Part shown: in pieces, positions 39,201-48,492 of the stretch
Layout of the letters: every line of letters begins with the position of its first letter
Numbering within the stretch: the stretch's first letter is position 1
Assembly: GCA_041690355.1 (NCBI GenBank)
Contig: JAWLHK010000001.1
Span: forward strand, 1 to 64,000
Direction: 5' to 3'
DNA: 64,000 bases
Source: a bacterium
GTDB lineage: Bacteria > J088 > JAWLBW01
Notes under the pieces: model-generated
What the model was told of the DNA's origin: nothing
The model's input: the letters and a program-made list of their open reading frames with translations, nothing else
Database searches by the model: none
Made by a program: the position numbers and the translations under genes

Positions 39201-42200
39201 CGACGGTGCCGACGGTCTGATTACCACTGAGGTCAGAACGCAGATCCACGTCGTGGCCCCAGCGCGCAACGTTATCTACGTGATACGAGCCGTCAGGGAT
39301 CGTAATCAGACCCGTGGCAGACGGCCAGGGTACCGACATGTCGTAAGTCGTACCGTCGTCCATCGTAATCGGCGTGTCACCGTGGAAGCGTGCCGAGACG
39401 TCGGTCGCGTCTGAAGCGTAATCCTTGAGATCCGAGACGCTGCCGACATGGGGCGGCAAGGCGTCGTTGTCATCAAACGAATACCCGTCGGAAATCATGA
39501 GCACATAATTGTTGCGGCATTTATGGTCGCCGTACTCTGTGTTTTTCACCGGATCGTATTTCATGGGGTCTTTACCCGCCACGAAATTCGGCTCCCGAGC
39601 ATAGTACTTCATGACGTTCAAGAGCGTGCGCGCGAGTTTGCCGCTGTACTTGGGCCCGGCCGCTTCGAGGTGCGGAATGAGGTTGTTCGAGTTCTGCTGA
39701 TTTTCTTCGATGCCGAAGAACTTACCCGGCATCGTGATCTGCCACTTGTCTGTCGTGGCGAGCCCCGTGTCCTCACTCCAGTCGTTGATCGTCGCGATAC
39801 CCAGGTTGGCCGGCGCGAGCGTGCCGAGCGCCTTCTTGCGGAAACTCCAGAGGATGCCGGTGCGTCCCAGGTTGTCGTAGTCGACCTTCAGGACATAATC
39901 GCAACCCGACGTGCATGCCGTCAGGCGCTCGACCGTGACGCTGCCGGTCGAAACGTTGTTGGTCTCGTCCCCTTCCAGAATGACCGCGCCCGGATCGGCC
40001 TGGAGGCCGACGGCATAAGATACGAGGTTCGTCACGGCCGGCGAACCGGTCTCGCCGGGAACGCTGACCGAGCAGGTCGCATCGACCGGCACTCCGGGGG
40101 CAACGAGGACGTTCGTCGTGCAGAACGTCTCGACCCACAGTCCGCTGTCGGCCTCCATGCGCAGGCGTACCGTCGGGTAGGTTGCGGTCGTCGAGAATCC
40201 GATGTTCTCGATGCGATAGCTCACCTCGAGCACGCCCCCAGGTGAGACCTTGCTCGGGATGCCGACGTTCGTGATCACGAGGTCGGGCAGAATGCCGACG
40301 GCCCCCACACCGACTACGATCGAGCGGATGTTGTTCGAGGTATCGGATTCTGCCGGCGAAGCCGTCGCCGAGGGGTCGACGCGCGCGAAGAGGTAGTACG
40401 TGCCCGTAAGTGCCGAAAGCGGTACGGTAATCGAGCAGTTCAGGGTCACGGTCTGGCCGGGGGTAAGCGTGTGGGCATCGCCGTTGCACTCGGCCGGTCC
40501 GACAACCAGCGTCACGTCGTCGAAGTCACCGCGGACGGCGTTGCCGGAACCGATGATTTCGATATCGGCAAACTTGACCTCGGCGCCCTGATTCGTGACG
40601 TCGACGGTCACCGTAATCGTGTCGCCGGGGCTGAGGCCGGTCGAAGGGCTGGCCACCAGGTTGCTGATGACCAGGTCGGGATCGGAGTATTCGATGAAAT
40701 ACCGCGTACCGATGGCGTTGGAAGCGTAATCCGGCGACTCTGTCGGGCTGCGCGACGGATTCACGATGGCCGCCAGATAGCTGCCCGAAGGATACTTCAG
40801 GGGCAGGTCGGCATCGTTCGGGAACGTGGCCGTGCAGGTGACCGTCTGCTTCCAGCTCGCATCCGGATACGGCTTGAATTCGGGCAGAGCCGAGCAGCTG
40901 GCCACGTTCAGGTCGCCCGTCGTAAACGTGTTGTCGCTCGAGAGCACGAGCAGCAGGTCGGCCCCGGCGGCGACGGTCAGGGAGCCGACATTGGCGATCG
41001 TGATTTCGACGAGTTCAGTGCCGCCGGGAACGCCGCTCAGACTACCGTCGTCGATGACTACGGCGACCGCCTGCAAGTCAAGCGACTTCTTTGACCCCGT
41101 TGTTGCGTTGTCGTAGACCCAGAAATCTCCCGCCGGATACTCGTTGTTCGACTCCTTGCGCTCGACCTGGGCATCGGTCGGGTCGATGGTCGCCCGGAGC
41201 GCATAGCTGGCTCCGGTGGTCAATGTCGGCACGGCGAAGGAACAGGTCACCTCGGCCGAGGCGCCGGCGGCAAGCGCGGGCACGGCGCAGGACGCCGCCG
41301 CGTCGACCGTACCGAAGGTTAGCGTGATCGTCGTGGCCAGCCCGGCCAGGTCGCCCTGGTTCCTGACCTGGAACACGACGGTGACGGGCATGCCCACCCG
41401 GCCGACGTGCAGGTCGGGGGTCGCGCCGAGGATCACGAAGTCCGGGCCCGAGGGAGCGATGGCCCTGTAGGTGCCTCCGTAGTAACTTTCGTTGTTGGTC
41501 TCATCGAGCTCGGCCACCGAACCGGCGGCGTCCATGACCGCGACGACGAGATAATCCTCATCCAGATCGCCTACGGTCGGCACCGTGAGGAAGCACGTGC
41601 CGGCGACGACCGTCCCCGCCGCCATGCTGCCGGCCGAGCAGACCCCTGCCAGGTAGCGGGTGCCATCCCGTTCTAAATAGAAGGAGACCAACGCGGTCCC
41701 TGTGTCGGTGCCGATATTCTTGATTTCGACCGTGAACCCGAGGCTGTCTCCCTCGTACCCGCTGGTGGCCGTAAGGGCAGAGAGGGTGACGACGAAGTCG
41801 GCCCTGGGAGGCGCCGAAAGAAGCCCGAATCCGGCATCGCTCATGACGTCGAACAAGGATGCCACTTGCGCAGACCCAGAAAGGGGCAGGCGGCGCTCGG
41901 TGCGGTTCTGAAGCGGCGGAACGAAGACCGGCGCCGGCTGCTGTGCGAGCCGCGCGTTCCGGTTTCTCTCTCCCGCCTTCCACGCCGCCAGCGCCTCCTC
42001 GAGCGTGGGGGGCATGGTCGGCGAGGCCGGCACAACCCGGTCTTTCGGGGAAAAGGCGTACTCACCCTTCACGCCGTCGTAGTCGACGGGAACGCGCAGG
42101 GTCGAGGCAAGAATCGTTTCTTCGGCGATACCGCACTGCGCCCCCCAGGTTACCGTACCGTCGACCACCTTGAGCTGGTTCAGGCCGTAGGGCGAAACGC

Positions 42201-42891
42201 CGTTGCCGCTGTAGCTCTTCGAGAAGCAGGGGGCGAACTTGTCGGCGCCGCCGGTCTGCGTGCCCTCACCCGCCAGGTACTGCGCCTGCTGGGTACCGCT
42301 GTTATTGCTGAGCCCGCCGGTGAACGCCTTGCGCAGCAGATCGATGCGGCGCATCGTGGCCCAGTTGAGGAAGTTGCCGCTGAACGGATAACTGCTGTCG
42401 GCATAGCTGCCGGCGTCGCAGTTGTGATCGTCGAGCGTTCCCCGGGAGCCGTCGGGGCCCTTGGCGTTGGACTCGCGGTTGGCGTTCGTCTCCCAGGCGG
42501 GGTTCACTTCCCAGACCCCGCCGACAGTCGTCGACTCCAGGCCGAAAATCGGGTTCTTGTCGAAGCCGAAACTGGTTCCCTTGTAGCAGGCCCGGTTGTC
42601 GAAGAGGCCGTAATATTCCTTGCGCGGATCGTAGGGGCGCGTGTAGGCCGCCAGCGACATGGACGACGCGTTGTCGTACATGATCATGATGTTCGGCTTC
42701 TCGGTGATCGAAACATTGAGGAATGGCGGCAGGGCCGAGCACATGTCAGCGTTTCGCGCGTCTTCTACGGCCGAATCGAGTCCGGGGCCGCTGCTGGCCT
42801 GATTGCTCTGCATGAGCACCGGCAGCAGCGCAAGCACTGCGATCCCGAGCCACCGGAGCGTCTGAGCGAGTTGGGTACGCGTTGTTTTCAT
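36277..42891 (-). CDS. pilY1: PilY1 adhesin (2204 aa): vWA-like N-domain with five inserted CARDB-like domains, C-terminal beta-propeller
   Basis: PPFL...PNIMIMYDNASSM; GNFLNWATMRRID; WKLGDIVYSTP, NGGMLHAFNGG, GQEVWAYVP, SWEE end. Confidence 0.93.
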   Translation of the reverse strand: MKTTRTQLAQTLRWLGIAVLALLPVLMQSNQASSGPGLDSAVEDARNADMCSALPPFLNVSITEKPNIMIMYDNASSMSLAAYTRPYDPRKEYYGLFDNRACYKGTSFGFDKNPIFGLESTTVGGVWEVNPAWETNANRESNAKGPDGSRGTLDDHNCDAGSYADSSYPFSGNFLNWATMRRIDLLRKAFTGGLSNNSGTQQAQYLAGEGTQTGGADKFAPCFSKSYSGNGVSPYGLNQLKVVDGTVTWGAQCGIAEETILASTLRVPVDYDGVKGEYAFSPKDRVVPASPTMPPTLEEALAAWKAGERNRNARLAQQPAPVFVPPLQNRTERRLPLSGSAQVASLFDVMSDAGFGLLSAPPRADFVVTLSALTATSGYEGDSLGFTVEIKNIGTDTGTALVSFYLERDGTRYLAGVCSAGSMAAGTVVAGTCFLTVPTVGDLDEDYLVVAVMDAAGSVAELDETNNESYYGGTYRAIAPSGPDFVILGATPDLHVGRVGMPVTVVFQVRNQGDLAGLATTITLTFGTVDAAASCAVPALAAGASAEVTCSFAVPTLTTGASYALRATIDPTDAQVERKESNNEYPAGDFWVYDNATTGSKKSLDLQAVAVVIDDGSLSGVPGGTELVEITIANVGSLTVAAGADLLLVLSSDNTFTTGDLNVASCSALPEFKPYPDASWKQTVTCTATFPNDADLPLKYPSGSYLAAIVNPSRSPTESPDYASNAIGTRYFIEYSDPDLVISNLVASPSTGLSPGDTITVTVDVTNQGAEVKFADIEIIGSGNAVRGDFDDVTLVVGPAECNGDAHTLTPGQTVTLNCSITVPLSALTGTYYLFARVDPSATASPAESDTSNNIRSIVVGVGAVGILPDLVITNVGIPSKVSPGGVLEVSYRIENIGFSTTATYPTVRLRMEADSGLWVETFCTTNVLVAPGVPVDATCSVSVPGETGSPAVTNLVSYAVGLQADPGAVILEGDETNNVSTGSVTVERLTACTSGCDYVLKVDYDNLGRTGILWSFRKKALGTLAPANLGIATINDWSEDTGLATTDKWQITMPGKFFGIEENQQNSNNLIPHLEAAGPKYSGKLARTLLNVMKYYAREPNFVAGKDPMKYDPVKNTEYGDHKCRNNYVLMISDGYSFDDNDALPPHVGSVSDLKDYASDATDVSARFHGDTPITMDDGTTYDMSVPWPSATGLITIPDGSYHVDNVARWGHDVDLRSDLSGNQTVGTVVVHTFAFEDVKVAQSERATQLMRLTAIQGGYIERDSVDGPSRQDEWDLDRNGLPDNYFAAREGDDIGEIILNALNSILLKTASGTSVSVIASTARGEGAIYQSYFRPTTAEAGTEITWLGYLQALWVDRFNNLREDTDGDGALSMADDMIISYEFDQSTLETIAKLYNDDDADGVADNEDPTNPGMPDPDNPDVGPIPLTKLKPIFESGLELFHTAQEDRNIFTWPHWATDAAPSASYPVMDVTGDASSTNIEILSKHMWPGGNDYYGSVTMTSYLVQWLRGEHIPWTTFRNRRITIDGTQSTWKLGDIVYSTPTIVGPPEERYDLIYADRSYGEYFTHNNVRNRRRLVLIGSNGGMLHAFNGGVFRTGDNPATAKEEQAWYDKQGLELGQEVWAYVPGSLLPQLRILADAGYDTTCHIYYVDLKPKVTDVRIFFDEAGDPIDDGYHIEGWGTIMIGGMRLGCGDIQYASYFIIDITNPDSPTLLAELAQKTAVNDSSRSLDADGLVKDLSGLNFTYFYPVVMRVPDPSANRFDPTAKWYLVVGSGPDEIAFNNSNSKAGNTALYVFDLNKIALAPAGSVTPGGKYKALEDFSYAVNKFDNGTFIANSSAGVGGVVVSGGLTADLSGNYSVDTVYVVAQYDDRAASTDNARWGSEIWRLVPKNPDGTTIYWDNPKNWTLTKVFATRDPANPAAGSHYQPIQGAPGITRDQKNNIWLYMGTGRFVYRNATHTAMDDLSYGLYQGVDSHYQQSLYGVIDPCWNDTNEVGCPTTTSPYRRSSLVNVTGLITRLIGDTGYVEDSTGTVNTTGRVMAMTVCGSPTCTIPEVRNYVGDTAAGRHGWVRDLQDYDDSGALGAVWWEVSFNKPAVAGGIVLFTTYLPGYDNTSEACALGGQSFLYALDYMSGVAPSADVFGTSETSLINEAAYRTAGDAAPPSPPAIYNKVVFVQSATARPIAVETNAQFKLFPHIRSWEEQ

Positions 42892-42902
42892 ATCGGCCTC
42901 TC

Positions 42903-43478
42903 TCAGTTATCCGCCACGAACCGCACTTCGGTGCGGGCGCCGGTCGGGTCGACGGCAATGATGGTTACGCCCTGTTCGATCAGGTATGAAGACCCGAGCG
43001 TCTGCCCCTGACCGACGCCGTCGTAGGCGCTGGCAAACTCGATGGAACCGCCCGTGAGCGGAATCGCCTGCATGAAGTCGACGTCGCCGTAGGCGGTCAC
43101 CTTGCCCAGGGTCAGCTGGAAGTCGGGGGCGAAGTTCGGCGAGCTCGGGTCGGGCGAATCGCTGTAGTCGGGGCTGTTGAACCCGAGGATTTCGTTGAGC
43201 ACGTTGCTGTCGACGACGGTCAGGCCCGGCGTCTGCACGAGCGTGCCGGCCGTGACCGACCCGGCGATCGTTTCCATCGCCAGGGCGCCGTGAGCGGCGG
43301 CGACCGCGCGCGTGACGGCCTTGCGCTGGTAGCCCGCGCTTACGCCGATTGTGCTCTGTACGAGCTTGTACATGCCGAGACCGATGATCGTCATGACGAC
43401 GAGCAGGACCATGGTAATCATGAGCGCAAAGCCGCGGTCGTCGCCGACGCCGGGCGCGCAAGTGCGATTAGAAGGCAT
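42903..43478 (-). CDS. pilX: PilX-like minor pilin
   Basis: RG-FALMITMVLLVVM (no E5); GAGG SD. Confidence 0.85.
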   Translation of the reverse strand: MPSNRTCAPGVGDDRGFALMITMVLLVVMTIIGLGMYKLVQSTIGVSAGYQRKAVTRAVAAAHGALAMETIAGSVTAGTLVQTPGLTVVDSNVLNEILGFNSPDYSDSPDPSSPNFAPDFQLTLGKVTAYGDVDFMQAIPLTGGSIEFASAYDGVGQGQTLGSSYLIEQGVTIIAVDPTGARTEVRFVADN

Positions 43479-44478
43479 AGTTCCTCGGGCGGACGCTGAA
43501 GAAATATTGTTTACGCGGAAACTCGCGCTGGGCCGTTGAGAGCGGGATTGTGTGGCCGAACGTGGTGATTTCGGTACGCGGGTCAAGACCGCCGGTCGTG
43601 TTCGTACGCAGCGCCCGCACGACGAGCCCGATGTTCACCTGACTGATGTATTCGTTGGCCGTGAGCGTCGAAAGGTCGCTTTCGGTGCGCGAAACATACG
43701 AGGTCTTGTTCGTGAGCTGGAATTCGAACTGCATGTCTTCGACCCCGCGCAGCAGCGGCACGCCCGACATGAAGAGCGTCCCCCCGGATACGGTGTAGGA
43801 AACGGGGTCGGTCACGCGGGCGCCGTAGACGATCGTGCCGCGCGGGAGCGAATTGACCGACGGCGACACCTGGGCGACGAGAATCGGATCCGGGTTGCCG
43901 TCCAGATCGAGGTCGGGGCCGTCTTCGCAGAGCGTTCCGTTCAGCGTCCCGCCGTTCCCTGTGACGTTGAACGTGGTTCCGCCGACGTTCAGCGGCTCTC
44001 CGGTCATGGGGCTGACGAAGAAGATGCGCAGAGGGCGGTTCGCGTCGTAGGCGACGTCGCGCAGCGGGTCGGGCTTGCCGCCACGCCCCTCGGGCCCCCA
44101 GCAGCGCACCTGAACCTCGTTACCCGAGTAGATTGGCGCGACCATGGCGACGAAGCTGTGAATGAAGTTGCCGCCGGCGGCCGCAGAGGTGATCGTCAGA
44201 GAATCCGATGCGGTTGCCGTCGCGGCGTCGGCGTGAACGATGGGGTTGTTCGACATCTTGCCGAAGCCGGCCATGATGATGTCGCGCTGCATGATGTTCA
44301 TGGCCGCCTGGACGTTCGCCTGCAGGGCGGTTTCGGCGTCGTTGCTCACCGAAGCCGCCAGCTGGGTGCGGAACAGGCCGATGACCCCCGAGATGACGAC
44401 CGAGAGGATGACCATGCCGATGAGGAGCTCGACGAGCGTGAAGCCGGCGGTTCTGCGAAGTGGTTGAAAGGGGGTCAC
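43468..44478 (-). CDS. pilW: PilW-like minor pilin
   Basis: G-FTLVELLI, DIIMAGFG, GVEDMQFEF, VRPRN. Confidence 0.9.
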   Translation of the reverse strand: MTPFQPLRRTAGFTLVELLIGMVILSVVISGVIGLFRTQLAASVSNDAETALQANVQAAMNIMQRDIIMAGFGKMSNNPIVHADAATATASDSLTITSAAAGGNFIHSFVAMVAPIYSGNEVQVRCWGPEGRGGKPDPLRDVAYDANRPLRIFFVSPMTGEPLNVGGTTFNVTGNGGTLNGTLCEDGPDLDLDGNPDPILVAQVSPSVNSLPRGTIVYGARVTDPVSYTVSGGTLFMSGVPLLRGVEDMQFEFQLTNKTSYVSRTESDLSTLTANEYISQVNIGLVVRALRTNTTGGLDPRTEITTFGHTIPLSTAQREFPRKQYFFSVRPRNYAF

Positions 44479-44485
44479 ATCGTCC

Positions 44486-44878
44486 TCACATGTAGAAGCT
44501 GCGCATGGTTACGATGGACACGGGCGCGGCGTAGGCCTCGGTCGAGTAGTTGACGCGCACGCGCACCCTGACGGGGGTGCTCAGCGAACCGGTGCGCTCG
44601 AGCCAGTAGTGCGCCTGATAGTCCCAGTTGTTGACGCGCACGGTTTCGGTACCGCTGGCCCCGTTGGCCGTGATGTACGACTGCAGGGCGTCGAGCGGCA
44701 TGGCCGTGAACTGCTCGGCGGTCGATTCGGCGACGATGCGCGCGGTCGTCCACTTGTCGTTATCGGCGGCGGCCTTGATGGCCATGGTCGACATGCCGAG
44801 CACGCCCGTCAGGCCGATCATGAGGATAACCAGTGCGATCATGATTTCGATGAGTGTGAATCCGGATTCGTTGCGCAC
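44486..44878 (-). CDS. pilV: PilV-like minor pilin
   Basis: GTG start after GGAG; NESG-FTLIEIMIALVIL. Confidence 0.85.
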   Translation of the reverse strand: MRNESGFTLIEIMIALVILMIGLTGVLGMSTMAIKAAADNDKWTTARIVAESTAEQFTAMPLDALQSYITANGASGTETVRVNNWDYQAHYWLERTGSLSTPVRVRVRVNYSTEAYAAPVSIVTMRSFYM

Positions 44879-44889
44879 GGCTGAATCTC

Positions 44890-45492
44890 CTACTCGATCT
44901 GCCCGCTGGGGTACAGCGTGAAGCGTTGCGGCGCCGGCCAGGGACCGTTGACTTTGACGGTAGCGACCTGCAGGGTACGCCGCCCGGTCTGAAAGAAACC
45001 GGCCGAGGGGATGATGAAGAAATTGCCCGTCGGCAGGGTCGAGCCGGCGAGGTCGATCTGCATGAGGCTCCCCGTTCCGTTGATCGTCTCCTTCGGGTCG
45101 TAGCGGATGGTGAACAGCACTTCGCGCACTTCCCCTTCGCCCGCGTCGGGCTCGCCGTCGCTGTCGGCATCTTCTGAAGCCGTGAAGACGAAGGAGCGGT
45201 CGTTGTTCAGATCGTTCCACACGAAGCAGGACACGCCGTTGGGAAACAGGGCGATGGCCGTCGGCTGCGTGGTCGGATAGGGGGACACGATGGCCGAGCC
45301 CCGGCATTTGTTGAAGGAGGCCAGCGTCTGGTTGTACAGGTCGTCGTAGGACGATTTGCGCACGAGACTCGTGAAGGACGAGACGCCGACCGCCACGAGG
45401 ATGCCCGCAATGACGATGACGACGACGATTTCCACCAGGGTAAACCCTGCATCTTTTGCGCACTGAGTGTCGCGGGTCTGCATCTCTTGCAT
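44890..45492 (-). CDS. fimU: FimU/FimT-like minor pilin (start uncertain, 45483-45537)
   Basis: AG-FTLVEIVVVIVIAGIL; ends FTLYPSGQIE. Confidence 0.8.
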   Translation of the reverse strand: MQEMQTRDTQCAKDAGFTLVEIVVVIVIAGILVAVGVSSFTSLVRKSSYDDLYNQTLASFNKCRGSAIVSPYPTTQPTAIALFPNGVSCFVWNDLNNDRSFVFTASEDADSDGEPDAGEGEVREVLFTIRYDPKETINGTGSLMQIDLAGSTLPTGNFFIIPSAGFFQTGRRTLQVATVKVNGPWPAPQRFTLYPSGQIE

Positions 45493-45575
45493 CGCAGCCT
45501 GCCTTGGGGGATTCAATATGGAGTCTTTGTCGAGCATTTGCTCTCAGGTAGAGCAAAGGGCGTGCCAGCGGTCGC

Positions 45576-46493
45576 TCAGAGGGGGGCGGGCGTCTGGGAG
45601 GGGGCGGCATGGGGGCGCAACCGCGGGCGGACAAGACGGAACGCGGCTCCCCAGGCAAGCAGCAGCGCCACCCCGAAGAGGGCATCCAGAAGCGTGTACC
45701 AGCCGAGCAGGCGACCGCTCAGGGCGAGCAGAACCGCGTAGAAGGCGCCGGCCCAGCCGGCCAGGCGCCAAGCCCCTCCTCCCAGGTTCCCCAGCCGCCA
45801 GGCGAGGAGCAGGGCCACCGGGATCTGCCAGGCCGGAAAGCTCCACAACGGATACGCCGCCGACGCCGGCAGCCGGCCCGGGATGGCCGCCATCGCCTGG
45901 CCCGCGGGCAGGTCGAGAATCTGCAGCGCGGCGGCAAAGCCCGGATCGCTCTGGTATGGCGGGGCGACGGCGGCGAAGAGCCCCAGGCCCGCGATCGAGA
46001 GGCAGACCCCGCCCAGCAGGGCCAGCGTTTCGAGAAAACCCGCTTCGGGTTCACGCGCCCAGAGCACGAGCAGGAGCCCGGCCGAGAGCCAGCCGAAAAT
46101 CGCGCTGACGCCGTGGACGAATTCCGTCACGCCCTCGGAAAGTATTCCGAGCGCGGCCGACCAGGGCATCCCCGGCAGGGGGTCGGCGGGGAGCGCCACC
46201 AGGCCGGGCGATGCATGCACACCCACGCCGGTCAGCGCCGCGCGGGTCAGCAGGACGGCCGCCACGGTGAGCGCCAGGCGGCCCCAGGAACGCAGCGTGA
46301 ACAGCGCGTTCCACCTTTCCTCCTTACCCCCCAGCCGCCAGGCCAGCGCCAGGGCCGGCAAGAGGAAAACGGCCCCCTTGAACCCGTGCGAAACGGCGTG
46401 GCGGAGCGTGTCGGCATCCGGGGGAAAGAGGAGGATGAGGGCCAGCGCCGCGACGGCTTCGAGAATCAGCAGGATGCGCACGTCAGCCTCCAC
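45576..46493 (-). CDS. Multi-TM protein resembling PAP2_3 (Aur1/Ipt1-like) with degenerate catalytic motifs
   Basis: VAPPY, SFPAWQ, GWYTLLD at the spacing of APP / PSLH / H(Y/W)xxD. Confidence 0.55.
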   Translation of the reverse strand: MEADVRILLILEAVAALALILLFPPDADTLRHAVSHGFKGAVFLLPALALAWRLGGKEERWNALFTLRSWGRLALTVAAVLLTRAALTGVGVHASPGLVALPADPLPGMPWSAALGILSEGVTEFVHGVSAIFGWLSAGLLLVLWAREPEAGFLETLALLGGVCLSIAGLGLFAAVAPPYQSDPGFAAALQILDLPAGQAMAAIPGRLPASAAYPLWSFPAWQIPVALLLAWRLGNLGGGAWRLAGWAGAFYAVLLALSGRLLGWYTLLDALFGVALLLAWGAAFRLVRPRLRPHAAPSQTPAPL

Positions 46494-48492
46494 AGTCCTC
46501 GAGAATTTCGTCCAGACTCACGGCAATTTCGCCGGCGGCCCCGAGGCGCGCCTCGCGCCACAGCTTGCAGGCGTCGGCTGTGCGGCCGCTCCGGTGCAGG
46601 GCGAACCCCTGCCATACGCGCCACTGGAGGTCGCCCGAACGTTCCCAAGCGAGCTCGAAATAGCGCGTGCTCTCGGGCCACCGCTTTTCGCGGTAAGCGA
46701 TCTCGCCCACGCGCGAGGCCTCGGTGGCGGTCATGGCCGTGACAGCCGACGCGAACTCGCGCATCGGCAGGGTCACCATGTGGAAACGGGCATACATCCA
46801 GATCCCGCGCTCGACCGCCGGGGCGGTGGCGGCCTCCTCGTACTGCGCCTGCAGGCTCCTGACGAGGGGAATGTAGCGGTAGGAGCTCCGGTTGACCACC
46901 TGCCAGGCAAGTTCGGGCCGGCCACCGAGCACCGCGTGCTCGATCGCCAGCGTCGCCAGAGAGACGTCGTCGGGAAAGGCCTCATTCGCGCGAACGGCCG
47001 ACGCGAGTGCCTCGTCAAAGTTCCCCATCCGGTCGTGGATGCGCACGCCGTGAATGATGAACTCCCTGTCCTTGGACGCCTGATAAGCAAGCCGGGAGTA
47101 GTCGAGGGCGCGATCGTATTTACCAAGGGCATAGGCGACGGCCCCCGCGACCTTGTAGGCGTTCTCGTTTACGGCGCCGTGCATGATCACGTTGTGCTCT
47201 TCCTTGAGGACGCGCATCGTCTCGACGGCCTTTTCGGCATAGGATTCGGCCGCTTCGAGATCGCCGGCGTTGAAGTGGACGCGCGCCATCCGGTAATACG
47301 GCCCGATCTTGAGCGGCGAGACGTCGATGATCGCGTGCCACTGCTTCGCCTCATCCTTCCACACCTCGTACTGCGAGATGGTGACCGCACCGTATCCCGC
47401 CACGAGGACGCCCGCCGCCAGCAGCGGCAGCGGCCGCGGCAGGCGCGACGCGGCATGCACGAGCAGCAGGGCTGCGGCCACCACGTGCACGAGCATGTAC
47501 CGCTCGGCAATCAGATAGAACTCCCCCGGCGGCCGCCAGAGGTTCGCGTAGGGGAAGAAGCCGGCCAGGAAGAGCACGCAGGCGAAACGCACGACCCGAT
47601 CCCGCGCGAAGAGCGCGGCGGCCAGCATGACGGCGAGCAGAATGACGCCCGCCACCGCATTGAAGTCCCAGATGCTGAACCGGTCGCCGATCACCATGGC
47701 GAACGGCCAGGGCTTCACCAGCTTGAAGACGTAGGCCCCGAAGGTCCGCACGATGAGAAGCGGGTCGAAGAAGACGGGCGGCTCGTAGGAGACGATGAGC
47801 CGGCGCACGAGGTAGAAGCCCCAGACCACCAGCCACATCGGCAGGTGGAAGCGGAACAGGCGCGCGGCCCCTTCCCGCCGCAGCCGGGGAAAATCCCAGA
47901 GCAGCGCGAAGGGGAGCATGGCGACCGAGCCCTCTTTGCTCACCAGGCCGCCAAGCAGGATCAGCAAGGTGAGTGCCGTCGGCGACGGCCGCTCCACCTC
48001 GGTCAGCAGCCGGCCGGCGAAGAGCACGAAGAAGAGAACCGCCAGCGTATCGGGAAGTCCCGACAGCCACGCGAGCGCCTCGAGGTTCGTCGGGAAAACG
48101 ATGAAGAGCGCCGTGGCGGCCAGCGCCGCTTCGGCGGAAACCAGCTTGCGCGCCAATCCAAAAAGGGCCAGTACGAGCAGGAACGTCACTCCGAGGTGAA
48201 GCACGTTCAGCGCGGTCGGCGGCTCGAACCCGCCGAGGTGCCCTGCCAGCGAGAGGAGAAAGAAGGGGAGCGGGCGGTAGTAGTTCGTGGCGTCGGGCCC
48301 GCGCAGCGGCTCCATGGGCGAGAGCCACGTGCCGAGCGGCGACGCCTGGACGACCGGGTTACGGACGATGATTTCCGTGTCGTCCCAGAAGTAATCGAGG
48401 CCGAGGCGCTGAAAGTGGATGACGAGAACGAGCAGCGCCAGGATCCAGGGATACCACCGGCGCCGGGTTCCGGCTGCGGATGCGGCGGTCAA
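46483..48492 (-). CDS. TMTC-like GT-C glycosyltransferase with C-terminal TPRs
   Basis: FWDD..IVRNP, YYRPL, PTNLEALAWLSG, SKE, AERY, WKDE, then TPR-like helices. Confidence 0.8.
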   Translation of the reverse strand: MTAASAAGTRRRWYPWILALLVLVIHFQRLGLDYFWDDTEIIVRNPVVQASPLGTWLSPMEPLRGPDATNYYRPLPFFLLSLAGHLGGFEPPTALNVLHLGVTFLLVLALFGLARKLVSAEAALAATALFIVFPTNLEALAWLSGLPDTLAVLFFVLFAGRLLTEVERPSPTALTLLILLGGLVSKEGSVAMLPFALLWDFPRLRREGAARLFRFHLPMWLVVWGFYLVRRLIVSYEPPVFFDPLLIVRTFGAYVFKLVKPWPFAMVIGDRFSIWDFNAVAGVILLAVMLAAALFARDRVVRFACVLFLAGFFPYANLWRPPGEFYLIAERYMLVHVVAAALLLVHAASRLPRPLPLLAAGVLVAGYGAVTISQYEVWKDEAKQWHAIIDVSPLKIGPYYRMARVHFNAGDLEAAESYAEKAVETMRVLKEEHNVIMHGAVNENAYKVAGAVAYALGKYDRALDYSRLAYQASKDREFIIHGVRIHDRMGNFDEALASAVRANEAFPDDVSLATLAIEHAVLGGRPELAWQVVNRSSYRYIPLVRSLQAQYEEAATAPAVERGIWMYARFHMVTLPMREFASAVTAMTATEASRVGEIAYREKRWPESTRYFELAWERSGDLQWRVWQGFALHRSGRTADACKLWREARLGAAGEIAVSLDEILEDCGG

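Noticed and set aside
44486-45685. 399-aa ORF
   Set aside because: Only the 3' 130 codons (PilV-like, GTG 44878) look real; the rest overlaps fimU in another frame.
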